A stretch of DNA of 55,606 nucleotides from Woeseia sp. (GTDB taxonomy: Bacteria > Pseudomonadota > Gammaproteobacteria > Steroidobacterales > Woeseiaceae): assembly GCA_049665065.1 (NCBI GenBank), contig JBATFU010000345.1, forward strand, positions 1-55,606, written 5' to 3'. Within the stretch, counting starts at the first letter, position 1; each line of letters begins with the position of its first letter. The translations under genes were made by a program, and so were the position numbers. Below, piece by piece: positions 37,258-48,798 of the stretch. A model generated the notes under the pieces. It was not told the DNA's origin. It saw only the letters and a list, made by a program, of their open reading frames with translations, and ran no database searches.

Positions 37258-38466
37258 TCAAACGGCTTCCTGCAGTTGTTGCAGAATCCATTCAATGTAA
37301 CGTGCCTGCATTTGTTCGTAGGCAGAGAACGGGCCGGGTTGATAGTACTTCGATTGCACGCCCATCCAGTTGTTGACGATGATGCGTTCATCCGCCTGGG
37401 TCGTGATATCCCAAAGCCAGGTCAGCTCGTTAACATCGTAGTCCCTGCCCTCTGCCGCGTCGCCACGCACGAGCCAGTAAATCTCGCAACGGCTGTGCCC
37501 GGCATCGACCGGGGTAAAAACGTAAGCCACAACGTGGTCGCTGTAGGCAAGCAGGTAGGAAAACGGCCCGATGGTGAAGTCTGACGCGCCGCCGTCGTAG
37601 CCCGTCAGCCTGCCCAGCAGCGGCGCCAGCGGGGCGCCGTCGCGGCTGCCGGTCTGGTAGCCATCGAACAGCGCGGTGCGGCTGTAGCCATAGCCCTGCT
37701 GGCCGGGGACCGCCTGCGTATCCATGGAATCGAAACGGATTTCCTCCAACCCACAGGCCGCCATGCGTTCGCGCATCGCGGCCTGTACGCGCGGCCGCTT
37801 GGCCGGGTCGAGCATGAGCGTGTGCATGCGCGCGTACTCCGGGTGCGCGGTCGCACAGTGATAACACTCCTGGTAATTCTCAATCGCGAGCTTCCAGTTA
37901 GCCGCGAAATCGTAGCTCTTTGCTGCTGCGACTTTCAGCGTTTCGAAGCCGAACATGGCGAACGGCACCGCGAGATCACGACGCGCTGCGGCAAGCGACG
38001 GCGGGTCGTCGCTTAAACAAATCATTATCAGGCCACCGAGTATCTCGATTGATACCGGGTGCAGCGAATAGCTGCTCTTGTCGAAGTCTTCCGGCATGCT
38101 GCGCGCAGCGATAAGCCTGCCATCGCTGTCGTACATCCAGCCGTGGTAGGGACACTCAAACTTGCGCGCATTGCCGCTCTTCTGGAGGCAGACCAGCGAG
38201 CCGCGGTGTCGGCAAACATTGGCATGCGCTTTCAGCTCGCCGGACTGCGTTCGCACGATAATGGCCGATTCCCTGGCGACCTTAACGACCTTGTAGTCAC
38301 CAGGGTTTGGCAATTCAGAAACGTGCCCGGCCAGCACCCAGTTGCGCGTAATAATCGAAGCAAGCTCGAGCTCGTAGACGTCGGGGTCAGTATAAAATCG
38401 CTGCTCGAGCGACCAGCCGGGACGCTGGTCTCGAATCAATTCCTGAATAGTGCGCTGGTCGGTCAT
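37258..38466 (-). CDS. Rieske oxygenase alpha subunit (betaine/stachydrine demethylase-like group)
   Basis: Rieske motif CRH...CPYH; mononuclear iron site NWK..EN..ECYHC...HPE and a C-terminal Asp. Start placed at ATG 38466. Confidence 0.88.
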   Translation of the reverse strand: MTDQRTIQELIRDQRPGWSLEQRFYTDPDVYELELASIITRNWVLAGHVSELPNPGDYKVVKVARESAIIVRTQSGELKAHANVCRHRGSLVCLQKSGNARKFECPYHGWMYDSDGRLIAARSMPEDFDKSSYSLHPVSIEILGGLIMICLSDDPPSLAAARRDLAVPFAMFGFETLKVAAAKSYDFAANWKLAIENYQECYHCATAHPEYARMHTLMLDPAKRPRVQAAMRERMAACGLEEIRFDSMDTQAVPGQQGYGYSRTALFDGYQTGSRDGAPLAPLLGRLTGYDGGASDFTIGPFSYLLAYSDHVVAYVFTPVDAGHSRCEIYWLVRGDAAEGRDYDVNELTWLWDITTQADERIIVNNWMGVQSKYYQPGPFSAYEQMQARYIEWILQQLQEAV

Positions 38467-38530
38467 TTGGCCGCCAACACTACCGACTGAACAGGCGCCG
38501 GACAAGCGTGCCGCGACGACTTGATGGGTC

Positions 38531-40612
38531 TCAGGGACTGACCAGGGCCAGGCTTATTTCGGCGTGCGCTTTTTCCATCATCTGTTCCAGTTCATCGGCG
38601 GGTAACGGCTTGCTGTACAAATAGCCCTGGATCTGGTTACAGCCGTGATCGCGCAGGAACTCAAGCTGCTCGGCGATTTCAACGCCTTCTGCAACGACAT
38701 TCAGGTTCAGGCGCCTTGCCATCGCGAGAATGGCGGCGCAGATCGCCGCGTCGTCGCCGTCTACATGCAGGTCTTTCACAAACGACCGGTCGATCTTCAG
38801 GGTATCGATCGGAAACCGCCTGAGATAACTCAGCGAAGAGTAACCCGTGCCGAAGTCGTCAATTGAAATCTTGAGCCCCAGCTCCTTGAATTCGTTCAGA
38901 CAGGCGATGGTTGAATCGATGTCGCGCATCAACAGGCTTTCAGTAATCTCGAGCTCGAGCAGACCGGCGTCAACAGAATTTGCGTCGAGGGCATTGGTCA
39001 CCGTTTCGATCAGCTCGTCCGTATAAATCTGTTCGCTGGACACATTCACGGACACTGGAATGTCCTGTAGCGACGTATTGCGCCAGCTTGCGATCTGGCG
39101 ACAGGCTTCGCGCACAACAAACGCACCAATCGGCACGATGAGTCCACATTCCTCGGCAACGGGAATGAACTCTGCCGGTGAAATAAAGCCGCGCTCCGGA
39201 TGCTGCCAGCGAATGAGCGCTTCCAGGCCAACAACGTTCCAGGTTTGCACGTCTACCTTTGGCTGGTAGTGCAATGTGAAATGACCGGCACCTGTCGCTT
39301 CGCGCAATTCGTTCTCGAGATCGAGCCGATTAACAGATTGAATGCGCATGGTGTCGGTGAAGAACCGATGCGTATTGCGGCCGGATGATTTCGCACGGTA
39401 CAGCGCAGAGTCTGCGTTCATCAACAACGCTTCGCTGCTGTCGCCGTCCTGCGGGTACATCGTGATGCCGATACTCGGCGTTACAACGAGTCGATGCCCC
39501 TCACAAGTCATTGGCCGACTCAATGCAGTAACCACTGACTTCGCTGCGGCCGAAGCGTCGTCCGGACTGCGCACACCCCGCAGCAGCACGACAAACTCAT
39601 CACCACCGAGGCGCGCGACTTCCACCGAGCCAAGACTCTGATAGTTGGCCGTGCACTTTTGCAGGCGTTTGCCCACGAGACGCAACAGCGAGTCGCCGAT
39701 CGAATGGCCCAGCGTATCGTTGATGCGCTTGAAGCGATCGAGGTCAACGAACAGCACTGCAAACTGGCCGCCCTCCCGCGCTTCATCGAGAATGGCGTCG
39801 TCCAGAATCTTCTGGAACAGCTGACGATTCGGCAGGCCGGTCAGGCCGTCGTAGTAGGCGAGATCGTAGATACGGTCTTCGTTCTCCTTGCGCGACGTAA
39901 CGTTGCGGACAATCGCGATGGCGGTATTGTGGTCGCGGCTGACGACACGCGTCTCAAGATGGGTATTTCCATCGTCAATGGTGTGCTCACTGATCTGCGG
40001 CTGCCCGCTCGCGAGCGCCGTGACAACATTCTGTTTCAGCTGGTCGCGACAGTCTTCCGGAAAAATATCGACAAAAGAACCGGTTGAGACAAGATCCGCG
40101 ACCGTTGGCTGACCGGTGCGCGTGTCTTCGAGAGTGCTGTGCAACTCACCTTCCGCATTCAGAATGAATATCTTGTCCGGCATTGCCCTGACGAGCCCCT
40201 TGATCTCGTTCAACGCCGCGCTCGCGCGCAGCACGAAGCGCACCCGGTGCGGTACGGTAGTCCACGCAATCGGTTTGCTGACGAAGTCCGTTGCACCCGC
40301 GTCGTAGGCCTGCTGGATTGATTCCGGGTCGTCGCGGCCGGTCATGATGAAGATCGGCGTATCCCGCAGTTCATCGAGCATGCGAATTCGCTGGCACACG
40401 GTATAGCCGTCGACGTAGGGCATCTCGACATCGAGCAGCACAACATCGGGCCGGCATTCCGCGAACCGCTCGAGCGCCATGCGGCCATCGCTGGCCTCTT
40501 CCACGCGAAAGCCTGCCTGTTCCAGCACCTGGCCCATGATTGTGCGAACCGTGGCATCGTCATCAGCAACGAGCGCCAGCGGTGATTGATTCTTTAGCCC
40601 GGGTAGATTCAT
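38531..40612 (-). CDS. REC-PAS-GGDEF-EAL c-di-GMP enzyme
   Basis: REC domain (ADDD...LLDVEMP...SKP), intact GGDEF without an RxxD I-site, and EAL domain with DDFGTGYSS and EGVE. Confidence 0.92.
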   Translation of the reverse strand: MNLPGLKNQSPLALVADDDATVRTIMGQVLEQAGFRVEEASDGRMALERFAECRPDVVLLDVEMPYVDGYTVCQRIRMLDELRDTPIFIMTGRDDPESIQQAYDAGATDFVSKPIAWTTVPHRVRFVLRASAALNEIKGLVRAMPDKIFILNAEGELHSTLEDTRTGQPTVADLVSTGSFVDIFPEDCRDQLKQNVVTALASGQPQISEHTIDDGNTHLETRVVSRDHNTAIAIVRNVTSRKENEDRIYDLAYYDGLTGLPNRQLFQKILDDAILDEAREGGQFAVLFVDLDRFKRINDTLGHSIGDSLLRLVGKRLQKCTANYQSLGSVEVARLGGDEFVVLLRGVRSPDDASAAAKSVVTALSRPMTCEGHRLVVTPSIGITMYPQDGDSSEALLMNADSALYRAKSSGRNTHRFFTDTMRIQSVNRLDLENELREATGAGHFTLHYQPKVDVQTWNVVGLEALIRWQHPERGFISPAEFIPVAEECGLIVPIGAFVVREACRQIASWRNTSLQDIPVSVNVSSEQIYTDELIETVTNALDANSVDAGLLELEITESLLMRDIDSTIACLNEFKELGLKISIDDFGTGYSSLSYLRRFPIDTLKIDRSFVKDLHVDGDDAAICAAILAMARRLNLNVVAEGVEIAEQLEFLRDHGCNQIQGYLYSKPLPADELEQMMEKAHAEISLALVSP

Positions 40613-43600
40613 TTTGCCAGCGCCTGAATTTCTGTGCGGAGGGCTTCTACCACGCGCTCGTATTCATGTTCGAGGCGTTCCCTGTAGTCCGCGATCCCTG
40701 AGAGATCCTGCGCTCGCGCTTTTGCTTCCAGCGTTTTGCAGATATCCGCAAAGCGGGTTGCGCCAACGTTGATACTGCTCGACTTCAATGCATGTGCCGC
40801 CTCCCGAATCCCTTCAGGACTTTTCGAGCTGATGGCATTGGCCAGGCGCTCCTTGTTGGCACCTGAGCTGTCGAGATAAATGCTGATAACCTTTTCGACA
40901 AGGTTGGGCGCACCAGGCTGCTGCAGCGACATCAGGACATCAAGTGCGGTGCGATCCAGTGGATCACCGCTGAATTCATCTGCGGTATCGCTCCCGGAAT
41001 CTTCGGCATGCGGCGCCGTCGTGCCGTCGTTGGCGCGCAGGTAAACGGACAGCACCGCGTGCAACTGCTCCATCGTGAAGGGCTTGGCAAGGTAGTCGTT
41101 CATGCCTGCCGCCAGGCACTGCTCGCGGTCACCGGTCATCGCATTTGCGGTCAGTGCAACGATCGGTACAGCCGGCTTGCCCGCGTTTTTCTCAAGCGAG
41201 CGTATGCGCCGGGTTGCCGCGAGGCCGTCGAGCACCGGCATCTGGCAATCCATTAATATCACGTCGAAGCGCTGCCGATTCGCGGCTTCCGCAGCTGCCT
41301 CGCCATCGGCAACCACGACAACCCGAACGCTCAGCGAATCCAGCATGCCCAGGGCCACCGCCTGGTTGACCGGGTTGTCCTCGGCGAGCAGGACACTGCC
41401 CGACAATGCCCGCAGTGTTGTCACGCCGGGCTGCACGATACTTTGCGTCAGGTCGTAGCCGCCGAGCACCACCGACAGGGCGTCGTACAGCTGGCCCTGG
41501 CGAATTGGCTTCGTCAACTGCCCGGAAATGCGCAGCTCGTTCATCACGTCTTCACTTGCCGGCGTTGCAACCGAACTTAGAATAACCAACGGCACATCCG
41601 TGTATTGCTTGTATTCGCGAATCTGGCGGGCCAGCTGCAGGCCATCGACACGCGGCATGTGCATGTCGAGAATGACGAGATCGTAGGGTTGTTTGTCAAT
41701 CAGAGAGATATCAAGACGCTTGAGTGCATCATCGGCATCGCATGCGCTTTCGCAATGCGCGCGCCAGCCGCCGAGCTGCTGCTCGAGAATCTCCCGATTC
41801 GTCGAGTTGTCATCGACAACGAGAATGCGTTTACCGGCCACTGACTTCAGATGCCGATCGCCGCGCAGGCCGGACGATTCGCCATGCGGCATGCGCACGG
41901 TAAAGTAAAAGCGCGAACCAAACCCGGGTTTGCTCTCGAGGTTTACGGCACCGCCCATCAGGTTCACAAGCTGGCGACAGATCGCGAGGCCCAGTCCGGT
42001 GCCGCCGTACATACGCGTTGTCGAACCGTCTTCCTGGGCGAACGATTCGAAGATCAGTCTCTGGCTGTCGCGCTTGATACCGACGCCAGTGTCAATGACT
42101 TCGAACTGTACGTCGACGCCATCTTCGTCGCTGTGGACTGCGGCCGCGCGCACCACAACCTCACCACGGTTCGTAAACTTGATCGCGTTCGCGATCAGGT
42201 TCGTCAGCACCTGGCGAATGCGCACCGGGTCGCCCCGCAGGCTCGTATGCAGTTCGGGGGCGACATCGTTGATCAGCTCCAGGCCTTTCTTGTGCGCCTG
42301 CGAGGCCAGCGTGTCGACGGTTTCTTCGATCAGGCTGCCAACGTTTATGTCGCGCTCTTCGAGCTCCATCTTGCCCGCTTCAATCTTGGAGAAATCCAGG
42401 ATGTCATTGATGATCGCGAGCAAGCCCTCTGCCGAGGTGTAGATCGTGTCTGCGAAGCGCCGTTGCTCAAAATCCAGCGTGGTATTGCGCAGCAACTCGG
42501 TCATGCCCAGCACACCATTCATCGGCGTGCGGATCTCGTGACTCATCCGCGCCAGAAAATCGCTCTTTGCACGTGACGCCTCCACGGCCACGTCGCGCGT
42601 AGCTTCAAGCTCGCACTGCGCAAGGTGCAGGTTCGTCGTCATCTCGTCGAACTCGCGGGCGAGCGCACCGATTTCATCCGAACGATCCCTTTCTACTTCG
42701 ACGTTCAGGTCACCGGTTTTACGGATTTGCGCCATGCTTTCCGACAGAACATTCACCGGGCGCACAATCAGGTAGCGCATTGCAACCAGGCCGACAATCA
42801 GGAAGATGATGGTAACGACACAGATCAGCAGCATCGCGGCGCTGATTGCATTGGAGCCGATGGCCGTGATGAACGGTGGCAAACTCACCTCACTGACGGC
42901 GATCGGTCTGCCGGTCAAGTCAAGGAGGATGTCGTGGCCCACCACCATGTTATCGACGCGATGGACATGGCGCAGTTCGCCGGCAAGTGTCATGTGGCGC
43001 AATTCTTCGACTGAATGACCAAGTACCGGATGCTCGTTGATTGGGACGAACAGGGCATCCGCGGAGGCGCGCTTGGCCAAGTCGCTGATAAAGTCGTCAC
43101 GCACGTGGCGGCCGATAATGAATGTGCCAACGGCCGGTCCTTCGGCATACGTGGTCAGCACGGGCGCCGCCGCAATCATCATCGGTCCGTCGCGCGACTG
43201 CAGCATGCCGCTCATGCTTTCCTGGTCCGGCCGGAACTGGAACAGTGGATGTGATGGTGAGAGTGGCACGAGAAAAAGTTCTGCGGCGTTGACGGGCGCG
43301 CCACCCGGGATCTCGGTGTTGGTGCTCCAGATCAGCTCACCCTCGTTGTTGAGAATCAGCACGACGTGCACACCGATGGTGCGCCAGTAGGCAGGATCCA
43401 GGTTGTCCCGAACGTAGTTTTCGTTGCGATCAAGAACAAAGTTGTAGGTGTCGTTCCAGTGCGCGTACTCGACGAGCATCGTTTCGAAGATCAGGCGCTC
43501 CGAATCCATCACACGGTTAACGCGTTCTATCGCATCCAGCGTTGCGTCAGCTTCAAACTCTTCGAAGGCGGGGAAAACGGTGTGACTGATCGCGGCGTAG

Positions 43601-43665
43601 GAGCCTAGCGCCAGGCAGGTGCCAAGCAGTGCGAAGTACAGGGCAATTTTTTTAGTTAGCGACAT
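40609..43665 (-). CDS. Hybrid histidine kinase CHASE4-HAMP-HisKA-HATPase-REC-REC-HPt
   Basis: Periplasmic WNDTY motif, H-box SHEIRTPMNG, GGTGLGL, two receiver domains and HPt AHALKSS; ATGA overlap with the next gene. Confidence 0.9.
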   Translation of the reverse strand: MSLTKKIALYFALLGTCLALGSYAAISHTVFPAFEEFEADATLDAIERVNRVMDSERLIFETMLVEYAHWNDTYNFVLDRNENYVRDNLDPAYWRTIGVHVVLILNNEGELIWSTNTEIPGGAPVNAAELFLVPLSPSHPLFQFRPDQESMSGMLQSRDGPMMIAAAPVLTTYAEGPAVGTFIIGRHVRDDFISDLAKRASADALFVPINEHPVLGHSVEELRHMTLAGELRHVHRVDNMVVGHDILLDLTGRPIAVSEVSLPPFITAIGSNAISAAMLLICVVTIIFLIVGLVAMRYLIVRPVNVLSESMAQIRKTGDLNVEVERDRSDEIGALAREFDEMTTNLHLAQCELEATRDVAVEASRAKSDFLARMSHEIRTPMNGVLGMTELLRNTTLDFEQRRFADTIYTSAEGLLAIINDILDFSKIEAGKMELEERDINVGSLIEETVDTLASQAHKKGLELINDVAPELHTSLRGDPVRIRQVLTNLIANAIKFTNRGEVVVRAAAVHSDEDGVDVQFEVIDTGVGIKRDSQRLIFESFAQEDGSTTRMYGGTGLGLAICRQLVNLMGGAVNLESKPGFGSRFYFTVRMPHGESSGLRGDRHLKSVAGKRILVVDDNSTNREILEQQLGGWRAHCESACDADDALKRLDISLIDKQPYDLVILDMHMPRVDGLQLARQIREYKQYTDVPLVILSSVATPASEDVMNELRISGQLTKPIRQGQLYDALSVVLGGYDLTQSIVQPGVTTLRALSGSVLLAEDNPVNQAVALGMLDSLSVRVVVVADGEAAAEAANRQRFDVILMDCQMPVLDGLAATRRIRSLEKNAGKPAVPIVALTANAMTGDREQCLAAGMNDYLAKPFTMEQLHAVLSVYLRANDGTTAPHAEDSGSDTADEFSGDPLDRTALDVLMSLQQPGAPNLVEKVISIYLDSSGANKERLANAISSKSPEGIREAAHALKSSSINVGATRFADICKTLEAKARAQDLSGIADYRERLEHEYERVVEALRTEIQALAK

Positions 43666-43748
43666 TGCTCATCCAGTAGCGGAGCGGCGCACGAACTCCG
43701 GCCAGGCACTTGGCACGCACGACGCCCGGAATCCTTCCCGGACCTAAG

Positions 43749-43775
43749 TTATCGGCATGTCGAACAGGCTCTTGA
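43749..43775 (-). promoter_or_regulatory. Sigma-28 (FliA)-type promoter
   Basis: Minus strand reads TCAAG-N14-GCCGATAA, about 84 nt upstream of the kinase start. Confidence 0.7.
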
Positions 43776-43955
43776 GCGGTCGTTGAGTAACTTTTTTTAT
43801 ATGGGCTGATTTTACCATTCGATGGGATGTGGCGATCCCGGCGAGCATGCCTGGCAGGCCCTGCGCGGGTCGCAGGCCAGGCCGCGACGGCCTGCGGTAT
43901 GCCGGTGTAAGCCTTTGAAAGATAGTGTAGTATTGCGCATTTTGCGCTGCAGCTT

Positions 43956-44462
43956 ATGCCCACAGAACCCGTCACCACCACCCCGCAAGGCTACACTGAC
44001 CTGCGGCGCGCACTCGGCTCCTTCGCCACCGGCGTCACCGTCGTGACCTGCTGCGATGCCGAAGGCCGGCCCTGCGGCATCACGGTAAACAGCTTCAGCT
44101 CCGTGTCCCTCGATCCGCCGCTCGTCCTGTGGAATATCTCCCGCGTTTCGAACTCACTGGAAGCGTTCCTGAACGCGGGTAAATTCGTTATCAACATCCT
44201 GGCGGCACATCAGCAGGACGCAGCTGCGCATTTCGCGAAATCGGACCATCGCCTGTTTGATAAAGTTGACTACGTCAAAGGACCGGAAGACGTACCGCTA
44301 CTGCCAGGAACGCTTGGGCACTTCGAATGCAGCTCGCACCAGGTCTACGATGGCGGCGACCACTACATCATTGTGGGCAGGATCGATCGTTTCAGTTGCA
44401 GTGCCGGTGAGCCCCTGCTGTTTTATGCGGGTCGCTACGCAGCGTTAGCCAAACCCGCCTGA
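43956..44462 (+). CDS. Flavin reductase-like protein (HpaC/RutF family)
   Basis: FATGVTVVT, SVSLDPPL and GGDH. Confidence 0.9.
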   Translation: MPTEPVTTTPQGYTDLRRALGSFATGVTVVTCCDAEGRPCGITVNSFSSVSLDPPLVLWNISRVSNSLEAFLNAGKFVINILAAHQQDAAAHFAKSDHRLFDKVDYVKGPEDVPLLPGTLGHFECSSHQVYDGGDHYIIVGRIDRFSCSAGEPLLFYAGRYAALAKPA

Positions 44463-44515
44463 GTATTGTCCTGTCGGTCGCTGCCTGGCGCCCGGCACAG
44501 CAAAGAGGAAACACC

Positions 44516-44956
44516 ATGGATTTTGATTGGCCGCAAATCTGGTTCAACCTGATTCATCTTGGCATTGCCTACGCCCTGGCATTGCCCGTTGGCTGGGATC
44601 GCGAATCCGCGCACCAGGGTATCGGCCTGCGTACGTTTCCGCTGGTCGCCGTCGCCGCCTGCGGCTATATGCTCGTCGGCCTTTCCGCACTGACTTCAAC
44701 GGATGCTGAGGCACGCGTTATGCAGGGACTGATCACGGGCATCGGTTTTATCGGTGGCGGCGCCATCCTGAAGAACAAAGGCAGCGTCAGCGGCACGGCA
44801 ACCGCCGCGACAATCTGGATTACCGGCCTGATCGGCATGGCGGTGGCACTGGATCGCTACGAGGTCGCCCTGCTCATGTCGATTATCAGCTTCATCACCC
44901 TGCGCTATGTCCGCTTTCTGAAGCAAAACCCCGACGAAGAAAAACAAGGCAACTAG
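44516..44956 (+). CDS. MgtC/SapB family membrane protein
   Basis: GWDRE, GLRT, GIGFIGGGAI and TAATIW. Confidence 0.88.
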   Translation: MDFDWPQIWFNLIHLGIAYALALPVGWDRESAHQGIGLRTFPLVAVAACGYMLVGLSALTSTDAEARVMQGLITGIGFIGGGAILKNKGSVSGTATAATIWITGLIGMAVALDRYEVALLMSIISFITLRYVRFLKQNPDEEKQGN

Positions 44957-45062
44957 CGGCGCCACCCGGCCTGCTATTGCTGTGGTATTGCGGCAGGGAG
45001 TTCTGCTGGCCAGAATGTGCGTCGCCGGCCTGGCAAAGAGCACCCCGTAAAGAGGGTTATGA

Positions 45063-46433
<1,371 letters not shown>

Positions 46434-46436
46434 GCG

Positions 46437-47453
46437 ATGGCACAGATGAACATGATCCAGGCCATCCGCTCGGCGCTCGACGTCGTGATGCACAAGGATC
46501 CGACTGTCGTGATTCTGGGCGAAGATGTCGGTTACTTCGGCGGCGTGTTCCGCTGCACGGACGGGCTGCAAAGAAAATACGGCGAGCATCGCGTCATCGA
46601 CGCGCCGATTGCGGAAGGCGGCATCATCGGTGCGGCAATCGGTATGGGCGTTAACGGCCTGCGGCCGGTTGCTGAAATCCAGTTCGCGGACTACATCTAT
46701 CCGGGCTTCGACCAGGTTGTCAGCGAACTGGCGCGCCTGCGTTATCGCACGGCCGGCGACCTGACATCTCCGGTCACGATTCGCACGCCCTGCGGCGGCG
46801 GTATTCGCGGCGGTCAGACTCACTCGCAGTCACCGGAAGGTATTTTCACGCACATCAGCGGCATCAAGACGGTCATGCCGTCGAACCCTTACGACGCGAA
46901 GGGTTTGCTGATCAGTTCGATTGAATCCGACGATCCGATCATCTTTTTTGAACCAAAACGCATTTACAACGGGCCGTTCGACGGCGACCCGGAGAAAGCC
47001 GCAGTGTCCTGGGCATCGCATCCGAAAGGTGAAGTGCCGGATGGCTATTACACCGTCCCGCTCGGCAAAGCCGAAGTGGTAACCGAAGGTGAAGATCTGA
47101 CGATCATTACTTACGGCACGCTGGTGCACGTTGCGCAGGCGGCCGCAAAACTGACCGGCATCGACGCCGAAGTGATTGATGTGCGCACGCTGGCACCACT
47201 TGATGTCGAGACGCTCACAAAGTCTGTCAACAAAACCGGTCGCTGCCTGATCGCGCACGAGGCCACCCGCTTCAGCGGCTACGGCGCCGAACTGTGCGCA
47301 ACGATCCAGGAAGAATGCTTCTGGAACCTTGAAGCTCCGATCGAACGGGTCGGCGGTTGGGACACGCCCTATCCGCACGCGTTCGAGTGGCAATATTTCC
47401 CCGGACAAAAACGCATCGCTGCCGGGATTCGCAATGTGATGGAGGCGGGATGA
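46437..47453 (+). CDS. bkdA2: Branched-chain 2-oxoacid dehydrogenase E1 beta
   Basis: GEDVGYFGGVFR, EIQFADY and HSQSPE. Confidence 0.93.
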   Translation: MAQMNMIQAIRSALDVVMHKDPTVVILGEDVGYFGGVFRCTDGLQRKYGEHRVIDAPIAEGGIIGAAIGMGVNGLRPVAEIQFADYIYPGFDQVVSELARLRYRTAGDLTSPVTIRTPCGGGIRGGQTHSQSPEGIFTHISGIKTVMPSNPYDAKGLLISSIESDDPIIFFEPKRIYNGPFDGDPEKAAVSWASHPKGEVPDGYYTVPLGKAEVVTEGEDLTIITYGTLVHVAQAAAKLTGIDAEVIDVRTLAPLDVETLTKSVNKTGRCLIAHEATRFSGYGAELCATIQEECFWNLEAPIERVGGWDTPYPHAFEWQYFPGQKRIAAGIRNVMEAG

Positions 47454-48673
47454 GCGAGTACATCTTCAAGTTGCCGGATCTCGGCGAAGGCACCGTCGAA
47501 TCCGAAATCGGCGAGTGGCATATCAAGGTTGGCGACACCGTGGCCGAGGAAGACATTGTCGGCACCATGATGACCGACAAGGCGGCGGTTGAGCTGTCGT
47601 CGCCGGTCTCGGGCAAAGTGGTGAAGCTGGCCGGTGAACCTGGCGACATGATTGCCGTCGGCGCGCCGCTCGTCGTTTTCGAGACGGAGGCGTCTGCGAA
47701 GGCCGCAAAAGCAGAGGCGCCTGCGGCAGCCGCCTCAGAACCTAAAGTCCCGGCGGCGCCAGCCGCGACCAAAAACAAAAAACCAGCCGCCCAGTCAGCA
47801 GCTGACACCGGCAGCCGCGTCGTGACGTCGCCGGCGATTCGGCGTCGTGCAAAAGAAGCCGGCGTCGATCTTGCGCAGGTACCCGGCAGTGGTCCCGGCG
47901 GCCGCGTCGTTCGCGAGGATTTCGATTCTTATCTCGAACAGCAAGGCAAAGCACAGGCGCCGGTCGCCCCCACGCGCGAATCCAAAGAAATCAAGGTCAT
48001 CGGCCTGCGCCGCATGATTGCTGAACGCATGACCCAGGCGAAACGGGAGATCCCGCATTTCGCTTACGTCGAAGAAATCGACATTACCGAACTTGAGGCC
48101 CTGCGCAAGCATCTGAATTCGGTGCGTGACTCCAGCAAGCGCCTCACCTTGCTGCCGTTCCTGTCGATAGCGCTGATCCGCGCGCTCGACAAATTTCCGC
48201 AATGCAACGCGACCTATGACAAGGAACGCAACGTCATCATCCAGCACGGCGCGGTGCATCTAGGCATCGCCACGCAGACGCCGGACGGGCTTAAAGTACC
48301 GGTGGTGAAGAACGCACAACAGTTAACCATCGATCAGCTGTCCGATGAAATCCGTCGCGTGTCAGACGCAGCGCGGAACAATACGATTCGCCGCGACGAG
48401 CTGTCGGGCTCGACTATCACGATCACAAGTCTCGGCAAGCTGGGAGGCATCGTCACAACGCCCGTCATCAACATGCCGGAAGTCGGCATCATCGGCGTCA
48501 ATCGGGCAATTGAAAAGCCGGTGGTTGTGAATGGCCAGATTGCCGTGCGCCTGATGATGAACCTGTCATCGTCTTTCGATCATCGCTTCGTCGACGGTTA
48601 TGACGCTGCGGAGATGATCCAGAGCATTCGCCAAATGCTGGAGCATCCTGCGACTATCTTTATGCCTGGATGA
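47450..48673 (+). CDS. bkdB: Dihydrolipoamide acyltransferase E2
   Basis: Lipoyl motif TDKA, E3-binding SPAIRR and catalytic DHRFVDG. ATG 47450 overlaps the bkdA2 stop. Confidence 0.92.
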   Translation: MSEYIFKLPDLGEGTVESEIGEWHIKVGDTVAEEDIVGTMMTDKAAVELSSPVSGKVVKLAGEPGDMIAVGAPLVVFETEASAKAAKAEAPAAAASEPKVPAAPAATKNKKPAAQSAADTGSRVVTSPAIRRRAKEAGVDLAQVPGSGPGGRVVREDFDSYLEQQGKAQAPVAPTRESKEIKVIGLRRMIAERMTQAKREIPHFAYVEEIDITELEALRKHLNSVRDSSKRLTLLPFLSIALIRALDKFPQCNATYDKERNVIIQHGAVHLGIATQTPDGLKVPVVKNAQQLTIDQLSDEIRRVSDAARNNTIRRDELSGSTITITSLGKLGGIVTTPVINMPEVGIIGVNRAIEKPVVVNGQIAVRLMMNLSSSFDHRFVDGYDAAEMIQSIRQMLEHPATIFMPG

Positions 48674-48798
48674 TGAGGCAGTTGCCGCTATGACCTGGCG
48701 CATCGCTCGTCAATAAAAGCGAGCGTGCCCAGATTCCTGATAGTGACCGCATCTCCACGGCACCGCGACCACGACGCGCAAAAGACTCTGCGAGCAGT

